From the NCBI GenBank assembly GCA_964422795.1, contig CAYRCL010000041.1, forward strand, positions 29,631 through 93,630: 64,000 nucleotides of DNA. The letters are read 5' to 3'. Both the position numbers and the translations under genes were made by a program. This stretch comes from an uncultured Chloroflexota bacterium (GTDB taxonomy: Bacteria > Chloroflexota > UBA11872). Under the pieces are notes generated by a model that was not told the DNA's origin, searched no databases, and saw only the letters and a list, made by a program, of their open reading frames with translations. Below are positions 49,318 through 58,915 of this stretch, in pieces (the first letter of the stretch is position 1; each line of letters begins with the position of its first letter).

Positions 49318-50889
49318 CTAAACTCCAGTGACGGGAGCAGATACCGACACAGCCTCAGGTGTTGAAGTCCAGTCCTTACCAAGACCAGCCAAGAGACGGT
49401 TCAGAGCATTGATGTAAGCATGTGCACTTGCTACCAGAATGTCTGTATCAGCACCGTGCCCACTAAATACCTTTGCGTCACTCTCGACACGGATCGTGAC
49501 TTCACCAATCGCATCGATACCCTCTGTAACCGAACTCACTGAGAATTCCGTCAGACGGTTGGGAACATTCACTATCCGGTTTATCGCCTGATAAACAGCA
49601 TCAATCGGTCCCGTCCCAATTGCAGCATCAGAGTGCTCGACACCGTCATCAGATCGAAGACGAACAGTCGCGGTCGGCATTGATCCAGTTCCCGTGCTCA
49701 CCTGTACATGCACCAATTCGAACGTCTGGTGAAACGCTCGGTGCTGCTCATTCTGAACAATCGCCTCAATATCACGATCAGTAATCGCCTTCTTACGATC
49801 CGCTATTTCTTTGAACGCGGTAAAGGCATTCGCAAATTCACCGTCACCGAGTTCATATCCCATACGTTGCAACTTGTCACGAAAAGCATGTCGACCGGAT
49901 GTCTTCCCAAGAACAATGCTGCTCTCCTCTACACCAATATCAGCAGGATCCATAATTTCGTAGGTAGTACGTTCCTTGAGCATGCCGTCTTGATGCAGGC
50001 CTGAGGCATGCGCAAAAGCATTGGATCCGATCACTGCCTTGTTCGGAGGAACAACCATGCCCATATAGTTCGAAACAAGGCGACTCGTCCGTGCAAGCTC
50101 GGTACTCATCACGCGAGTGTCCGCGTCGAAGTAGTCATTGCGCGTACGGAGTGCCATCACAATTTCTTCCAACGCAGCATTGCCAGCCCGTTCTCCAACT
50201 CCATTGATCGTGCACTCAACCTGGCCTGCCCCATGCGAAATAGCCGCGAGAGAGTTGGCGACAGCCTGCCCTAAATCATCGTGACAATGAACAGACAACA
50301 CAACATCTTCGATCCCTCGCGTGTTCTCGACAACCTGACGAACCATATGCCCAAACTCCGCGGGCTGTGCATAGCCAACGGTATCGGGAAAATTAACGAC
50401 TGTAGCCCCCGCCTCAATGGCCGCGGAAAAAACGTCACCGACGAACTCGACATCGGATCGCGTAGCATCCATTGCCGAAAACTCGATGTGATCCGTTTTC
50501 TTACGAACATATGCAACAGCATCTCGAGTCATATCAATGATGGCCTCGCGACGTTCTCGCAGCTGATGCTCAAGGTGAATGTCACTAGTCGAAATCACGA
50601 TATGTAATAAAGGTCGGTCGGCGTCCTTCAGCGCTTCCCAAGTGGCATCAATCTGCTCACGCTTAAATCCGCTTAGAGCGGCAACCTCGACGTCATGGAG
50701 CTCACGAGCAAGCAACTCGACTGCCTTAAAATCACCCTGTGACGTGAACGGAAACCCAGCCTCGATAACATCCACCTTTAAGCGGGCAAGCTGCCTGCCA
50801 ATCTCCAACTTCTCATCGACAGTCAGTGCCCCGCCAGCAGCCTGTTCTCCATCACGCAACGTAGTGTCAAAAATGCGTACGTGTCGCAT
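49318..50889 (-). CDS. leuA: 2-isopropylmalate synthase
   Basis: [40 protein letters not shown], LeuA_dimer C-term. Confidence 0.9.
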   Translation of the reverse strand: MRHVRIFDTTLRDGEQAAGGALTVDEKLEIGRQLARLKVDVIEAGFPFTSQGDFKAVELLARELHDVEVAALSGFKREQIDATWEALKDADRPLLHIVISTSDIHLEHQLRERREAIIDMTRDAVAYVRKKTDHIEFSAMDATRSDVEFVGDVFSAAIEAGATVVNFPDTVGYAQPAEFGHMVRQVVENTRGIEDVVLSVHCHDDLGQAVANSLAAISHGAGQVECTINGVGERAGNAALEEIVMALRTRNDYFDADTRVMSTELARTSRLVSNYMGMVVPPNKAVIGSNAFAHASGLHQDGMLKERTTYEIMDPADIGVEESSIVLGKTSGRHAFRDKLQRMGYELGDGEFANAFTAFKEIADRKKAITDRDIEAIVQNEQHRAFHQTFELVHVQVSTGTGSMPTATVRLRSDDGVEHSDAAIGTGPIDAVYQAINRIVNVPNRLTEFSVSSVTEGIDAIGEVTIRVESDAKVFSGHGADTDILVASAHAYINALNRLLAGLGKDWTSTPEAVSVSAPVTGV

Positions 50890-50954
50890 AGCGACAAGTT
50901 CCTCAGTTCAAAATGGTGCGGTCATCCATTGCGACCGCAAACGTCCCCAAGAAG

Positions 50955-50976
50955 CCCCCTCCGCTATCGGGAGGGG
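50955..50976 (-). other. GC-rich hairpin in ilvC-leuA spacer (no U-tract)
   Basis: CCCCCTCCG-CTAT-CGGGAGGGG perfect 9-bp stem inside the operon. Confidence 0.4.
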
Positions 50977-51040
50977 ACGGGAAGCGCGAGTATGCGCATA
51001 ACTCTTAGACTCAGCATGTCGCATGCGACGTAAGACAACA

Positions 51041-52045
51041 TCATTCGCGGGTTTTTGGCAACCAATCCATCATGCCACGGAGACCACGACCAACGACCTC
51101 AACAGGATGGTCATGGTCTTTGTTTCGTAACGCATTGTACGCTGGTCTACCGGCTTGATTCTCCAGAATCCACCGCCTTGCGAATTCGCCATCCTGGATA
51201 TCTGTCAAGATTTCCTGCATAGCCATCCGCGAACTCTCGTTGATAACCCGAGGGCCTGACACAAGATCACCGTACTCGGCAGTGTCACTAATCGAGTGCC
51301 GCATATAACTGATCCCACCCTGATATATGAGATCCACAATCAGTTTCAGTTCATGCAGACACTCAAAATAAGCCAATCTCGGATCGTATCCAGCATTCAC
51401 TAGGGTCTCGAACCCTTGCTTCACCAGTGCCGAAACGCCGCCGCACAAAACCGCCTGCTCACCGAACAAATCCGTCTCTGTCTCATCCTTGAAAGTCGTC
51501 TCAATTAGCCCCGCTTTGGCACAACCAATACCCTGCGCATAAGACAGCGCTACGTCGCGCGCCCGGCCCGTGGCGTCCTGATGAACAGCAACAAGAGCCG
51601 GAACACCAACACCCTCAACAAAAAGGTCTCGAAGAATATGCCCGGGACCTTTGGGGGCAACCATGGCAACATCCACGTCATCCGGAACCTGAATTTGGCC
51701 GAAATGTATGTTAAATCCATGCGCGAACATCACCATATGACCTGACCTGAGCTGGGGCTCAATCTGCTCAGCATAGACGTGCGGTTGATCCTGGTCAGGG
51801 AGTGCCAACATCACAACCTCAGCAGCAGTGACCGCCGCACCTACATCCATCACCGCCAAGTCCGCATCCTCAGCTCGACCCCGTGAACTGCTTTCAGCAC
51901 GCAACCCTACGACAACATCGACATCTGAATCGCGCAGATTCAACGCGTGGGCATGCCCTTGGCTCCCGTAACCAAGCACGGCCACTTTCTTGCCACGCAA
52001 TTCATCATTCGGTATGTCTTTTTCATACAGAACTTCTTTATTCAT
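51041..52045 (-). CDS. ilvC: ketol-acid reductoisomerase
   Basis: [26 protein letters not shown]; start at ATG 52045 (track ORF extends to 52168, overlapping ilvN). Confidence 0.9.
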   Translation of the reverse strand: MNKEVLYEKDIPNDELRGKKVAVLGYGSQGHAHALNLRDSDVDVVVGLRAESSSRGRAEDADLAVMDVGAAVTAAEVVMLALPDQDQPHVYAEQIEPQLRSGHMVMFAHGFNIHFGQIQVPDDVDVAMVAPKGPGHILRDLFVEGVGVPALVAVHQDATGRARDVALSYAQGIGCAKAGLIETTFKDETETDLFGEQAVLCGGVSALVKQGFETLVNAGYDPRLAYFECLHELKLIVDLIYQGGISYMRHSISDTAEYGDLVSGPRVINESSRMAMQEILTDIQDGEFARRWILENQAGRPAYNALRNKDHDHPVEVVGRGLRGMMDWLPKTRE

Positions 52046-52061
52046 GGGATATTCCATTTCT

Positions 52062-52556
52062 TCAGTCGGCGCTTTCACGCACCATCGCGATAGCACCGGT
52101 TCGAGAGATTTCTTCAATCGGGTAATCCGAAACAACATCAATGAACCGATCAATTTTGTCTTGCCCACCAGTCATCTGCACGATCATGGAGGATTTGCTT
52201 ACATCCACAATCTCACCACGGAAAATGTCGGCGGCAGCCGCTAAGGCTGGTCGATCACTCGCTCCGACTCGGACCTTTATCATGGCCAACTCGCGTGTGA
52301 TTGCAGACGCATTAGTTACATTCCGAACAGAATCAACCTCAATTAGCTTGTAGAGCTGCTTTTCACATTGCTTGACGTCATCCGAGGAACCTTCAACAGC
52401 AATGGTCATTCGAGAATAGCCCGGTTCCTCGGAATGCCCGACAGCGAGACTGGCAATGTTAAATCCGCGACGACGGAAGAGGCTGGCTACACGAGTCAAA
52501 ACTCCAGGGTGATCTTGCACGGTAGCTACTAGGGTGTGCACCTGTGTCTCCATCAT
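52062..52556 (-). CDS. ilvN: acetolactate synthase small (regulatory) subunit
   Basis: 164 aa; N-terminal ACT domain ([31 protein letters not shown]). Confidence 0.9.
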   Translation of the reverse strand: MMETQVHTLVATVQDHPGVLTRVASLFRRRGFNIASLAVGHSEEPGYSRMTIAVEGSSDDVKQCEKQLYKLIEVDSVRNVTNASAITRELAMIKVRVGASDRPALAAAADIFRGEIVDVSKSSMIVQMTGGQDKIDRFIDVVSDYPIEEISRTGAIAMVRESAD

Positions 52557-54283
52557 CTCGGATCCTCAATCACACTAGACACACCAGTGCCAGGAACAAT
52601 CATCGGATACACGTTTTCCACGCGGTCAACATGCAGATCCAGCACAACCGGACCGTCATGTGCATGCGCCATCTGGATCGCTTCATTCATCTCGTCACGA
52701 GAATTAGCACTCATACCATGGAGACCAAAAGCTTGTGCAACCTTTGAAAAATCAGGGTTGTCCAGATAAGCACCCATAGATCGTCCCTCATAGAAAAATT
52801 CCTGCCACTGCCGAATCATTCCAAGATGCGCATTGTTGAGAACAGCAACCTTCAGGTTGATACCCTCCGCAGCAAGCGTGTTGAATTCTTGAATATTGAT
52901 CAACAGACCACCATCTCCAGTCACACACCAAACATCTTGATGCTCATCAGCCAACTTCACGCCCATTGCAGCCGGCAGTGCATATCCCATGGGACCTAAA
53001 CCACCGGCGCTGAAAAACATCCGCGGACTCTCGTACCAGAAGTGCTGCGCCGCCCACATCTGGTTCTGGCCTACATCCGCGATCACGCGAGCCTTACCGC
53101 CCGACACTTCGTAGATGGCACGCACGACCTCCTGCGGCAACACAGAATCAGGACTCTCGGGGATATCAAGTGACCGGTGTTCGTCGCGCCAGTGATTTAG
53201 CTGATCAATCCACGCCACGCGCTCACGCCGTTCGATGAGCGGAAGTAGATGTTCGAGGGTCATCTTCAAATCGCCGACAATTGGGACGTCGGTCTGAAGA
53301 ACCTTTCCGATCTCTGCAGGATCTACATCGATATGGACTACCTTCGCATCAGGTCCAAATTCATCAGCCTTCCCAACAGCACGATCATCGAACCTAGTAC
53401 CTAGGCCAATGATGCAGTCGGTCTGGCCCATAGCGAAGTTTGCGTAGGCTAGCCCATGCATCCCAAGCATTCCGAATGAGAGAGGGTGCGTCTCAGGAAA
53501 CGTACCAACTCCATGAAGCGTTGAGACAACCGGGATGTTCCCACAAGTCGCTAACTCGAAGAGCTCGTCCGAAGCACCAGAGATGTCAATGCCGTGACCA
53601 GCCATAATCACTGGTCGTTCGGATGCATTAATTACATCCGCAGCCCGTCGAACCATTGTCCGATTGCCAACCTTCGGAGGTTGGTAACCCCGAAGGTTGA
53701 GATCCCTTGGAGCCACCTCGGTTGTCGATTCCAGGAAGATGTCCTTTGGAATATCCACATGGACAGGACCGGGTCGACCACTTGCAGCGAGATGAAACGC
53801 CTCCTTCATCACTCGAGGGAGATCATCAACATCGAGAACTAGATAGCTGTGCTTCGTGATTGGTATCGAAATTCCGGTGATATCAGTTTCCTGAAATGCG
53901 TCCGACCCAATTACAGGCCGCGCAACTTGACCAGTGATGTATACGACACCAACAGAGTCCATCATGTCATTAGCCATACACGTGACCATATTGGTCGCAC
54001 CAGGACCCGAGGTGCTCGTAGCCACACCCACCTTCCCGGTCGCACGCGCATACCCATTCGCAGCAAATCCCGCAGCCTGTTCGTGCCGTATCTGAACGTG
54101 TCGAAGTCGATCCTGATAACGGTAAAGAGCGTCATAGAACGGTAGTGAAGCACCACCAGGCATTCCGAATACCACATCGACACCAGCCTCCAAAATAGCG
54201 TCACACACCACGTCACCACCGGTGCGAGAAGCAAGAGTATTGGGGCTGTAGCCGTTCGTGGACGATCCGTTCTTGGAAGTCAT
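52553..54283 (-). CDS. ilvB: acetolactate synthase large subunit
   Basis: ThDP enzyme, GGASLPFYDAL and TGDGG motifs; AGGAG SD favours ATG 54283 (track ORF starts 11 codons upstream at 54316); ATGA overlap with ilvN. Confidence 0.9.
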   Translation of the reverse strand: MTSKNGSSTNGYSPNTLASRTGGDVVCDAILEAGVDVVFGMPGGASLPFYDALYRYQDRLRHVQIRHEQAAGFAANGYARATGKVGVATSTSGPGATNMVTCMANDMMDSVGVVYITGQVARPVIGSDAFQETDITGISIPITKHSYLVLDVDDLPRVMKEAFHLAASGRPGPVHVDIPKDIFLESTTEVAPRDLNLRGYQPPKVGNRTMVRRAADVINASERPVIMAGHGIDISGASDELFELATCGNIPVVSTLHGVGTFPETHPLSFGMLGMHGLAYANFAMGQTDCIIGLGTRFDDRAVGKADEFGPDAKVVHIDVDPAEIGKVLQTDVPIVGDLKMTLEHLLPLIERRERVAWIDQLNHWRDEHRSLDIPESPDSVLPQEVVRAIYEVSGGKARVIADVGQNQMWAAQHFWYESPRMFFSAGGLGPMGYALPAAMGVKLADEHQDVWCVTGDGGLLINIQEFNTLAAEGINLKVAVLNNAHLGMIRQWQEFFYEGRSMGAYLDNPDFSKVAQAFGLHGMSANSRDEMNEAIQMAHAHDGPVVLDLHVDRVENVYPMIVPGTGVSSVIEDPR

Positions 54284-54484
54284 CAGTGGAACTCCTGAGA
54301 AAGAGAAATCTGACAAGGAAATGAGATCAAATGTGGTCTATCCTGGACCCGGGCGCGGAGACAGCGACTAGTCGGCGCCTCCGCCTCGTACATCGACCAC
54401 TAAACCCATTCCCTGCGCCGCGCGTCGCGAAACAGCGCCCTGTCTCATTGCCATCCATCCTTTTCGCATCCAGAATCCCACAAC

Positions 54485-54514
54485 AAAAAACCCGTCCCTC
54501 TAATCAGGGACGGG
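54485..54514 (-). terminator. intrinsic terminator of the T-box leader
   Basis: minus strand CCCGUCCCU-GAUUAG-AGGGACGGG followed by UUUUUU. Confidence 0.8.
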
Positions 54515-54711
54515 CATGCGGCCCGCGGTACCACCCCGCTTGTTCGATTAACCATCGAACCTCTCAAACCCCTTTTCGGAGGGCTCCGGATCGGCTTAGA
54601 AGAAAACCCTTCAGCCAACCAGCTCAGGGGCGACATTCAGCTCTGAGAACCCGCCGGCTCACACCAACTCCGGCTCGCTTGCGGTCCTGGGAGAACCTAC
54701 TCTTCCCCGTC
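54485..54711 (-). promoter_or_regulatory. T-box riboswitch leader (Leu, CUC specifier) of the ilvBNC-leuACDB-cimA operon
   Basis: minus-strand RNA has GGGGUGGUACCGCGGG (T-box consensus GGGUGGUACCGCG) at 54537-54522 directly 5' of the terminator; upstream Stem I candidate with GAAGAGUA (K-turn 5' strand), CUGAAUG (3' strand) and specifier loop GGGUUCUCAGAGC (CUC+A at 54647-54644). Confidence 0.8.
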
Positions 54712-54882
54712 AACGCCTCTTCTGACACCAACCAATCGAACGTTCCAGCTGCTATCAGAGGAAAAGCAAAGCGACCGGAGTACGAATCGAATGTTTTCAA
54801 ACACTAGCAGTGAGGCCGCGTCGCGGCAAGATGTTTTTCGATTCGGAGACCCTTAGGGGACAAACATCCTATAGGCAATACT

Positions 54883-55524
54883 GTGGAGATGTCGCCCATC
54901 CCCTGTACAAGCAATGACCCAGTACGTCACGTTACCTTCGATATCGAGACGCTACGACTCAGCCACGAAGTCCGTGGTGGATGGCAAAACATTCGGGACT
55001 TTGGCCTCGCCGTCTGCGTCACACTCGACGGCGAAGGGGTACAACATGTGTGGGAAGAATCAAAAGCATCAGAATTAATTCATTATTTGAGCACGTTTCA
55101 ATGCCTGGTTGGATTCAATTCGCAACGATTCGACCTAACCGTACTGTCCGCGTACGCCGATGTAACCGCTTTGCGCGCTAAATCCCTCGATCTGCTCGAG
55201 TCTCTATACGCCTTGACTGGCCGGCGCGCGGGCATGAGCCTGCAAAACATTGCATCCACCATGTTTGGAGACTGCAAGTTGCTTAGTGACAGCACCCAAG
55301 CAACCAAGCTCTGGCGTACAGAAAATCCGTGCGGGCGACAACGTGTAATCGACTACTGTGCACAAGACGTCTCACTGACCAACCGAATTTTCGAGTTTGG
55401 GCTCAACAACGGATATGTAAGGGTTCCCGTGCCAAACCTCAAGAAACCCAACGAATTAACGACTGCACGTGTCCCTGTGCCCTGGAAAAACAGCCTCTAT
55501 GTTGCAACAGATCCGGATTCATAG
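54883..55524 (+). CDS. DEDDy 3'-5' exonuclease, RNase H-like fold (PolB-exo/YprB-like)
   Basis: Exo I VTFDIETL, Exo II LVGFNSQRFDL, Exo III YCAQDV. Confidence 0.7.
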   Translation: MEMSPIPCTSNDPVRHVTFDIETLRLSHEVRGGWQNIRDFGLAVCVTLDGEGVQHVWEESKASELIHYLSTFQCLVGFNSQRFDLTVLSAYADVTALRAKSLDLLESLYALTGRRAGMSLQNIASTMFGDCKLLSDSTQATKLWRTENPCGRQRVIDYCAQDVSLTNRIFEFGLNNGYVRVPVPNLKKPNELTTARVPVPWKNSLYVATDPDS

Positions 55525-55558
55525 ACGAGGAATCCCCACGCCCAGACAACGAATGCCA

Positions 55559-56020
55559 CTACAAAAACTCGATGATCGCCTCAATCTCAACCGGCATACC
55601 GCCAGGGAGTTGCCCCATACCAACTGCCGATCGCGCGTGCCGGCCATTCTCACCCCACAACTCAACAAAGAACTCCGAATAGCCGTTAATCACTGCAGGC
55701 TGATCAGTAAAATCCTCGGTGCAATTGACCATACCGAGAACCTTCACGACCTGCATTACGCGATCTAAATCATCAAGAGCAGTCTTTAAAACCCCAAGAT
55801 GATTCACCGCGATGGACCGAGCAAACGCCTGCGCCTCCACCACATCAAAATCACGACCAACCTTACCGACTGGCGTATTACCCAAAGCATCCGTAGGCCC
55901 TGCTCCAGAGAGATATATCAAATTTCCGCTCATGTTCCAGGACCGCAGCGGAGCCCCCGGAGGTATCGACGGCTCCGGTAACTCGATACCCAAACCCGAC
56001 AGTTTTGCCTCGATGTTCAT
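55559..56020 (-). CDS. RidA/YjgF family reactive-intermediate deaminase
   Basis: 153 aa chorismate-mutase-like fold; GRHARSAVGMGQLPGGMPVEIEAI C-terminal RidA signature. Confidence 0.8.
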   Translation of the reverse strand: MNIEAKLSGLGIELPEPSIPPGAPLRSWNMSGNLIYLSGAGPTDALGNTPVGKVGRDFDVVEAQAFARSIAVNHLGVLKTALDDLDRVMQVVKVLGMVNCTEDFTDQPAVINGYSEFFVELWGENGRHARSAVGMGQLPGGMPVEIEAIIEFL

Positions 56021-56048
56021 TCGTATTAGATCCTTCCGTAGCTATCTT

Positions 56049-57371
56049 TCAGCCTAAGAGTCCTTCAGAAGCAACCGCTCTAATCGCTCGGTCGAACGCA
56101 TCCGCGGTTTGGTCTATATCATCCTCGGTGTGTGCGGCGCTAACGAATCCACCACCCGAGATGATGTGTACACCCTCAGCAATCAACGCACGCTGGAGTG
56201 CCACCCCTGCAGGTCCGGCCAAGCCACCCTTGACCGGCGCGCCTGTAAGACTCAAATGCCAGTAAGAGGTCTCTCCATATACCAGTGCTCCCACATCATG
56301 TCGATCAAAAACAGACTGTAATTCCTGCCGCAGCCGCTCACCCAGACTATTGATCTGCCTATGTACCGCACCGTCTGCGATGTGCTCGAGCACGGCTACA
56401 CCAGCGGCGGCCGACAAAGGATTACCGTTATAGGTTCCGGGATGAGAAACGCGTCCTCCACGATCCCATTCTGGATCGCCTCGTTTTTCGAGGTAATCCA
56501 TTATTTCAGCGCGCCCACCAACAACCCCCCCTGGTAAACCACCAGCTACGATCTTTGCCATGGTCGTAAGATCCGGCGTGATGCCTGCCCGCACCTGAAA
56601 TCCACCGGGTGACATACGGAAACCCGTAACGACTTCGTCCAATATCAAGAGTGTGTCATGCTCAACCGTCAACTCGCGAAGACTTTTTACGAACGAAGAC
56701 TCGATTGGTACGGCACCCCATCCAGCACCACTTGGCTCAACAATCACGGCCGCCACATCCCCTGCTTCCAACTCATCACGAACACGATCAAGATCGGTCG
56801 GGAGGGCAGTGATGGTGCTACGCGTCGCCTCAGGAACACCATTTGAAGTCGGAATATCGTACGGCTCCTCGACTCCAACCGTGGCATAGTCATGCCAGCC
56901 GTGAAAGTGACCCTGGAATTTCACTATTCGATCCCGACTCGTCACAGCACGAGCCAAACGCATAGCCATGTGTGTGGCCTCAGTGCCTGATGAGTGAAAT
57001 CGGACCTTTTTGATGCTGGGAACAAGAGCCTTGATTTGCTCAGCCCATCGGATCTCGAGTTCGTGGCCAGCACCATAGTGCGTGCCTAACCCAAGCTGGG
57101 CCTGCACCGCTTGGACAGGAAGCGGGTGACTATGTCCCAAGATAAGCGCACCGTGTCCCATGGTGTAATCGACATACTCATTACCATCAACATCCCACTT
57201 GCGAGCACCGTCCGCTCGCGCCACCATAATTGGGAACGGGTTCTGTATCCGTTGATCGTGCGTAACACCACCGGCCAAAGCCGATTGCGCTCGCTCATGC
57301 AATCGCGCGGATCCAGAGCGAACTGCCGCATAAGCAATGTCAGCTTCGTCGTTAGCAGATTTCAAGTTCAT
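56049..57371 (-). CDS. class III aminotransferase, glutamate-1-semialdehyde 2,1-aminomutase-like
   Basis: GNEYVDYTMGHGALILGHSHP, FHSSGTEATHMAMRLAR, DEVVTGFR motifs. Confidence 0.8.
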   Translation of the reverse strand: MNLKSANDEADIAYAAVRSGSARLHERAQSALAGGVTHDQRIQNPFPIMVARADGARKWDVDGNEYVDYTMGHGALILGHSHPLPVQAVQAQLGLGTHYGAGHELEIRWAEQIKALVPSIKKVRFHSSGTEATHMAMRLARAVTSRDRIVKFQGHFHGWHDYATVGVEEPYDIPTSNGVPEATRSTITALPTDLDRVRDELEAGDVAAVIVEPSGAGWGAVPIESSFVKSLRELTVEHDTLLILDEVVTGFRMSPGGFQVRAGITPDLTTMAKIVAGGLPGGVVGGRAEIMDYLEKRGDPEWDRGGRVSHPGTYNGNPLSAAAGVAVLEHIADGAVHRQINSLGERLRQELQSVFDRHDVGALVYGETSYWHLSLTGAPVKGGLAGPAGVALQRALIAEGVHIISGGGFVSAAHTEDDIDQTADAFDRAIRAVASEGLLG

Positions 57372-57537
57372 TGGTCCTCCGCCTACATACCTTGGGCTTC
57401 AGATGTAGCGTACCTATTATTATCATTGTCCCGTGCACACAGGATTCGGACACAGCCCGTCGCTGTCAAACCTAGCAACATATCGGTCCCATATCGGTCC
57501 ATTAGCGCGGCTATTCCCACACACGTAGGCTAGCGCC

Positions 57538-58536
57538 GTGCTATTTGTATTTCTAGGCCTTCGCGATCAACGGATGAGCCACGCCGTCAACGTAGCGCTC
57601 AGCCATCCCTCCGCCAGCGACCTATCGTTTACCCACCTTGACGGAACAAAGGCCACCGTAGACGAATTGAACGAAGCATGCGGGATGCTGTCGTTGTTCG
57701 GTGAGCAACGCAAGGTTTATCTGGATAATGCTCCGTCCAGTGGGACCCGATCCAAGCATCTAGTCGAATGGCTAGCAGCGTTTGTCACAACTCAGCGCAG
57801 TGACCCCAGTGCGAACACCTGTGATCTCGCAGTCTCCGTATATCTCGACCTTAGCGACGGTCGTACAGCATCACGAGCGACAAAATTTGGTGGGCTCAAA
57901 GCAAGTGGGGCACGAATTCAGCGGTTCGATCCATTACGTGGTGACGCGGCTGTTCGCTATGCCCAATCAATCGCTAACAACCTGAATGTTCAACTATCTG
58001 CGCCTGCAGCGACTCGTTTGGTAGAACTGGTAACCAGTCACGCGGGGCTTATCGAGAGCGAAGTTTCGAAACTGGCCGCATTTTGTGGATTCAGTGGTGA
58101 GATTACTGAAGAAGATGTCGACGCCGCATCTGCAACCATTGGTGAACATTCACGTTGGGACTATATCAATGCCGTTGCTGACCTCCGCGCCGACGACGCG
58201 CTTTCCATACTTCACGACATGCTTTCGCTACAGACCCCACACCAATTGATTCTTAACGACATTACAACCTCGCTACGGCAGATCGCATCTGCGAGACAGA
58301 TCATTGTCGAAGGCGGAAACGAACACGACGTAAAACAAGCAGCAGGCGTACCGCCAAGCCGAGCAAGAACCCTGACGCGTCAAGCTCGACGCATGTCTGA
58401 CGGCTTAATCGGTGCGATGTACGCCGAGGTTGTTCGAACAGATGCGGCCCTTAAGTCAACAGGAGGAAACAAAGACGCCCTACTTGAAATTCTTACAGCG
58501 CGGCTTTCCTCTAGACCTCAGGCCAGCAGCGGTTAG
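57538..58536 (+). CDS. holA: DNA polymerase III delta subunit
   Basis: 332 aa; LFGEQRKVYLDNAP clamp-loader delta N-term; tail-to-tail with rpsT as in Firmicutes-type holA-rpsT. Confidence 0.6.
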   Translation: MLFVFLGLRDQRMSHAVNVALSHPSASDLSFTHLDGTKATVDELNEACGMLSLFGEQRKVYLDNAPSSGTRSKHLVEWLAAFVTTQRSDPSANTCDLAVSVYLDLSDGRTASRATKFGGLKASGARIQRFDPLRGDAAVRYAQSIANNLNVQLSAPAATRLVELVTSHAGLIESEVSKLAAFCGFSGEITEEDVDAASATIGEHSRWDYINAVADLRADDALSILHDMLSLQTPHQLILNDITTSLRQIASARQIIVEGGNEHDVKQAAGVPPSRARTLTRQARRMSDGLIGAMYAEVVRTDAALKSTGGNKDALLEILTARLSSRPQASSG

Positions 58537-58865
58537 CGTGAATCTGCAGCCCGCAGTAAACGTATCAACCTGGAAATACGACGAGCCGCTTGCCTTCGGT
58601 GAATTACACCCTTACGTCCAGCTGCATCCAGCCTACTTTGTGCGAATTTGACGGCTGTACCAGCAGCCTCAGAATCGCCTGACTCGATAGCAACCTCGGC
58701 ACGCCTAACGAAGGTCCTTAGCGCCGATCGTGTCCGCACATTTCGACCACGAACTAACTGCTGCCGTCGAACCTGCTTTGCGCGCCGGCGTTGACGAACA
58801 AGCTCCTTCGGTGAAGGCACTGGATTTCTGTCCTGAACTAAGATTCTTCTGGGGTGGACGCCCAA
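58533..58865 (-). CDS. rpsT: 30S ribosomal protein S20
   Basis: ALRTFVRRAEVAIESGDSEAAGTAVKFAQSRLDAAGRKGVIHRRQAARRISRL aligns with E. coli S20 [20 protein letters not shown]...AAKGLIHKNKAARHKANL; real start probably downstream of the track start. Confidence 0.8.
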   Translation of the reverse strand: MGVHPRRILVQDRNPVPSPKELVRQRRRAKQVRRQQLVRGRNVRTRSALRTFVRRAEVAIESGDSEAAGTAVKFAQSRLDAAGRKGVIHRRQAARRISRLIRLLRAADSR

Positions 58866-58915
58866 TATATCAAAGAAATCAGCCTATCTTTGAACTTCAG
58901 TAGAAGACCGAGGCT

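Noticed and set aside
54520-54860. Possible tmRNA, RNase P RNA or SRP RNA in the ORF-free stretch upstream of ilvB (GAGAACCCGCCGGCTCA resembled the RNase P ACAGAACCCGGCUUA box)
   Set aside because: There is no tRNA-like CCA/T-arm end and no other RNase P or SRP conserved boxes. The region is fully explained as a T-box leader (GGGUGGUACCGCG plus terminator plus CUC specifier).
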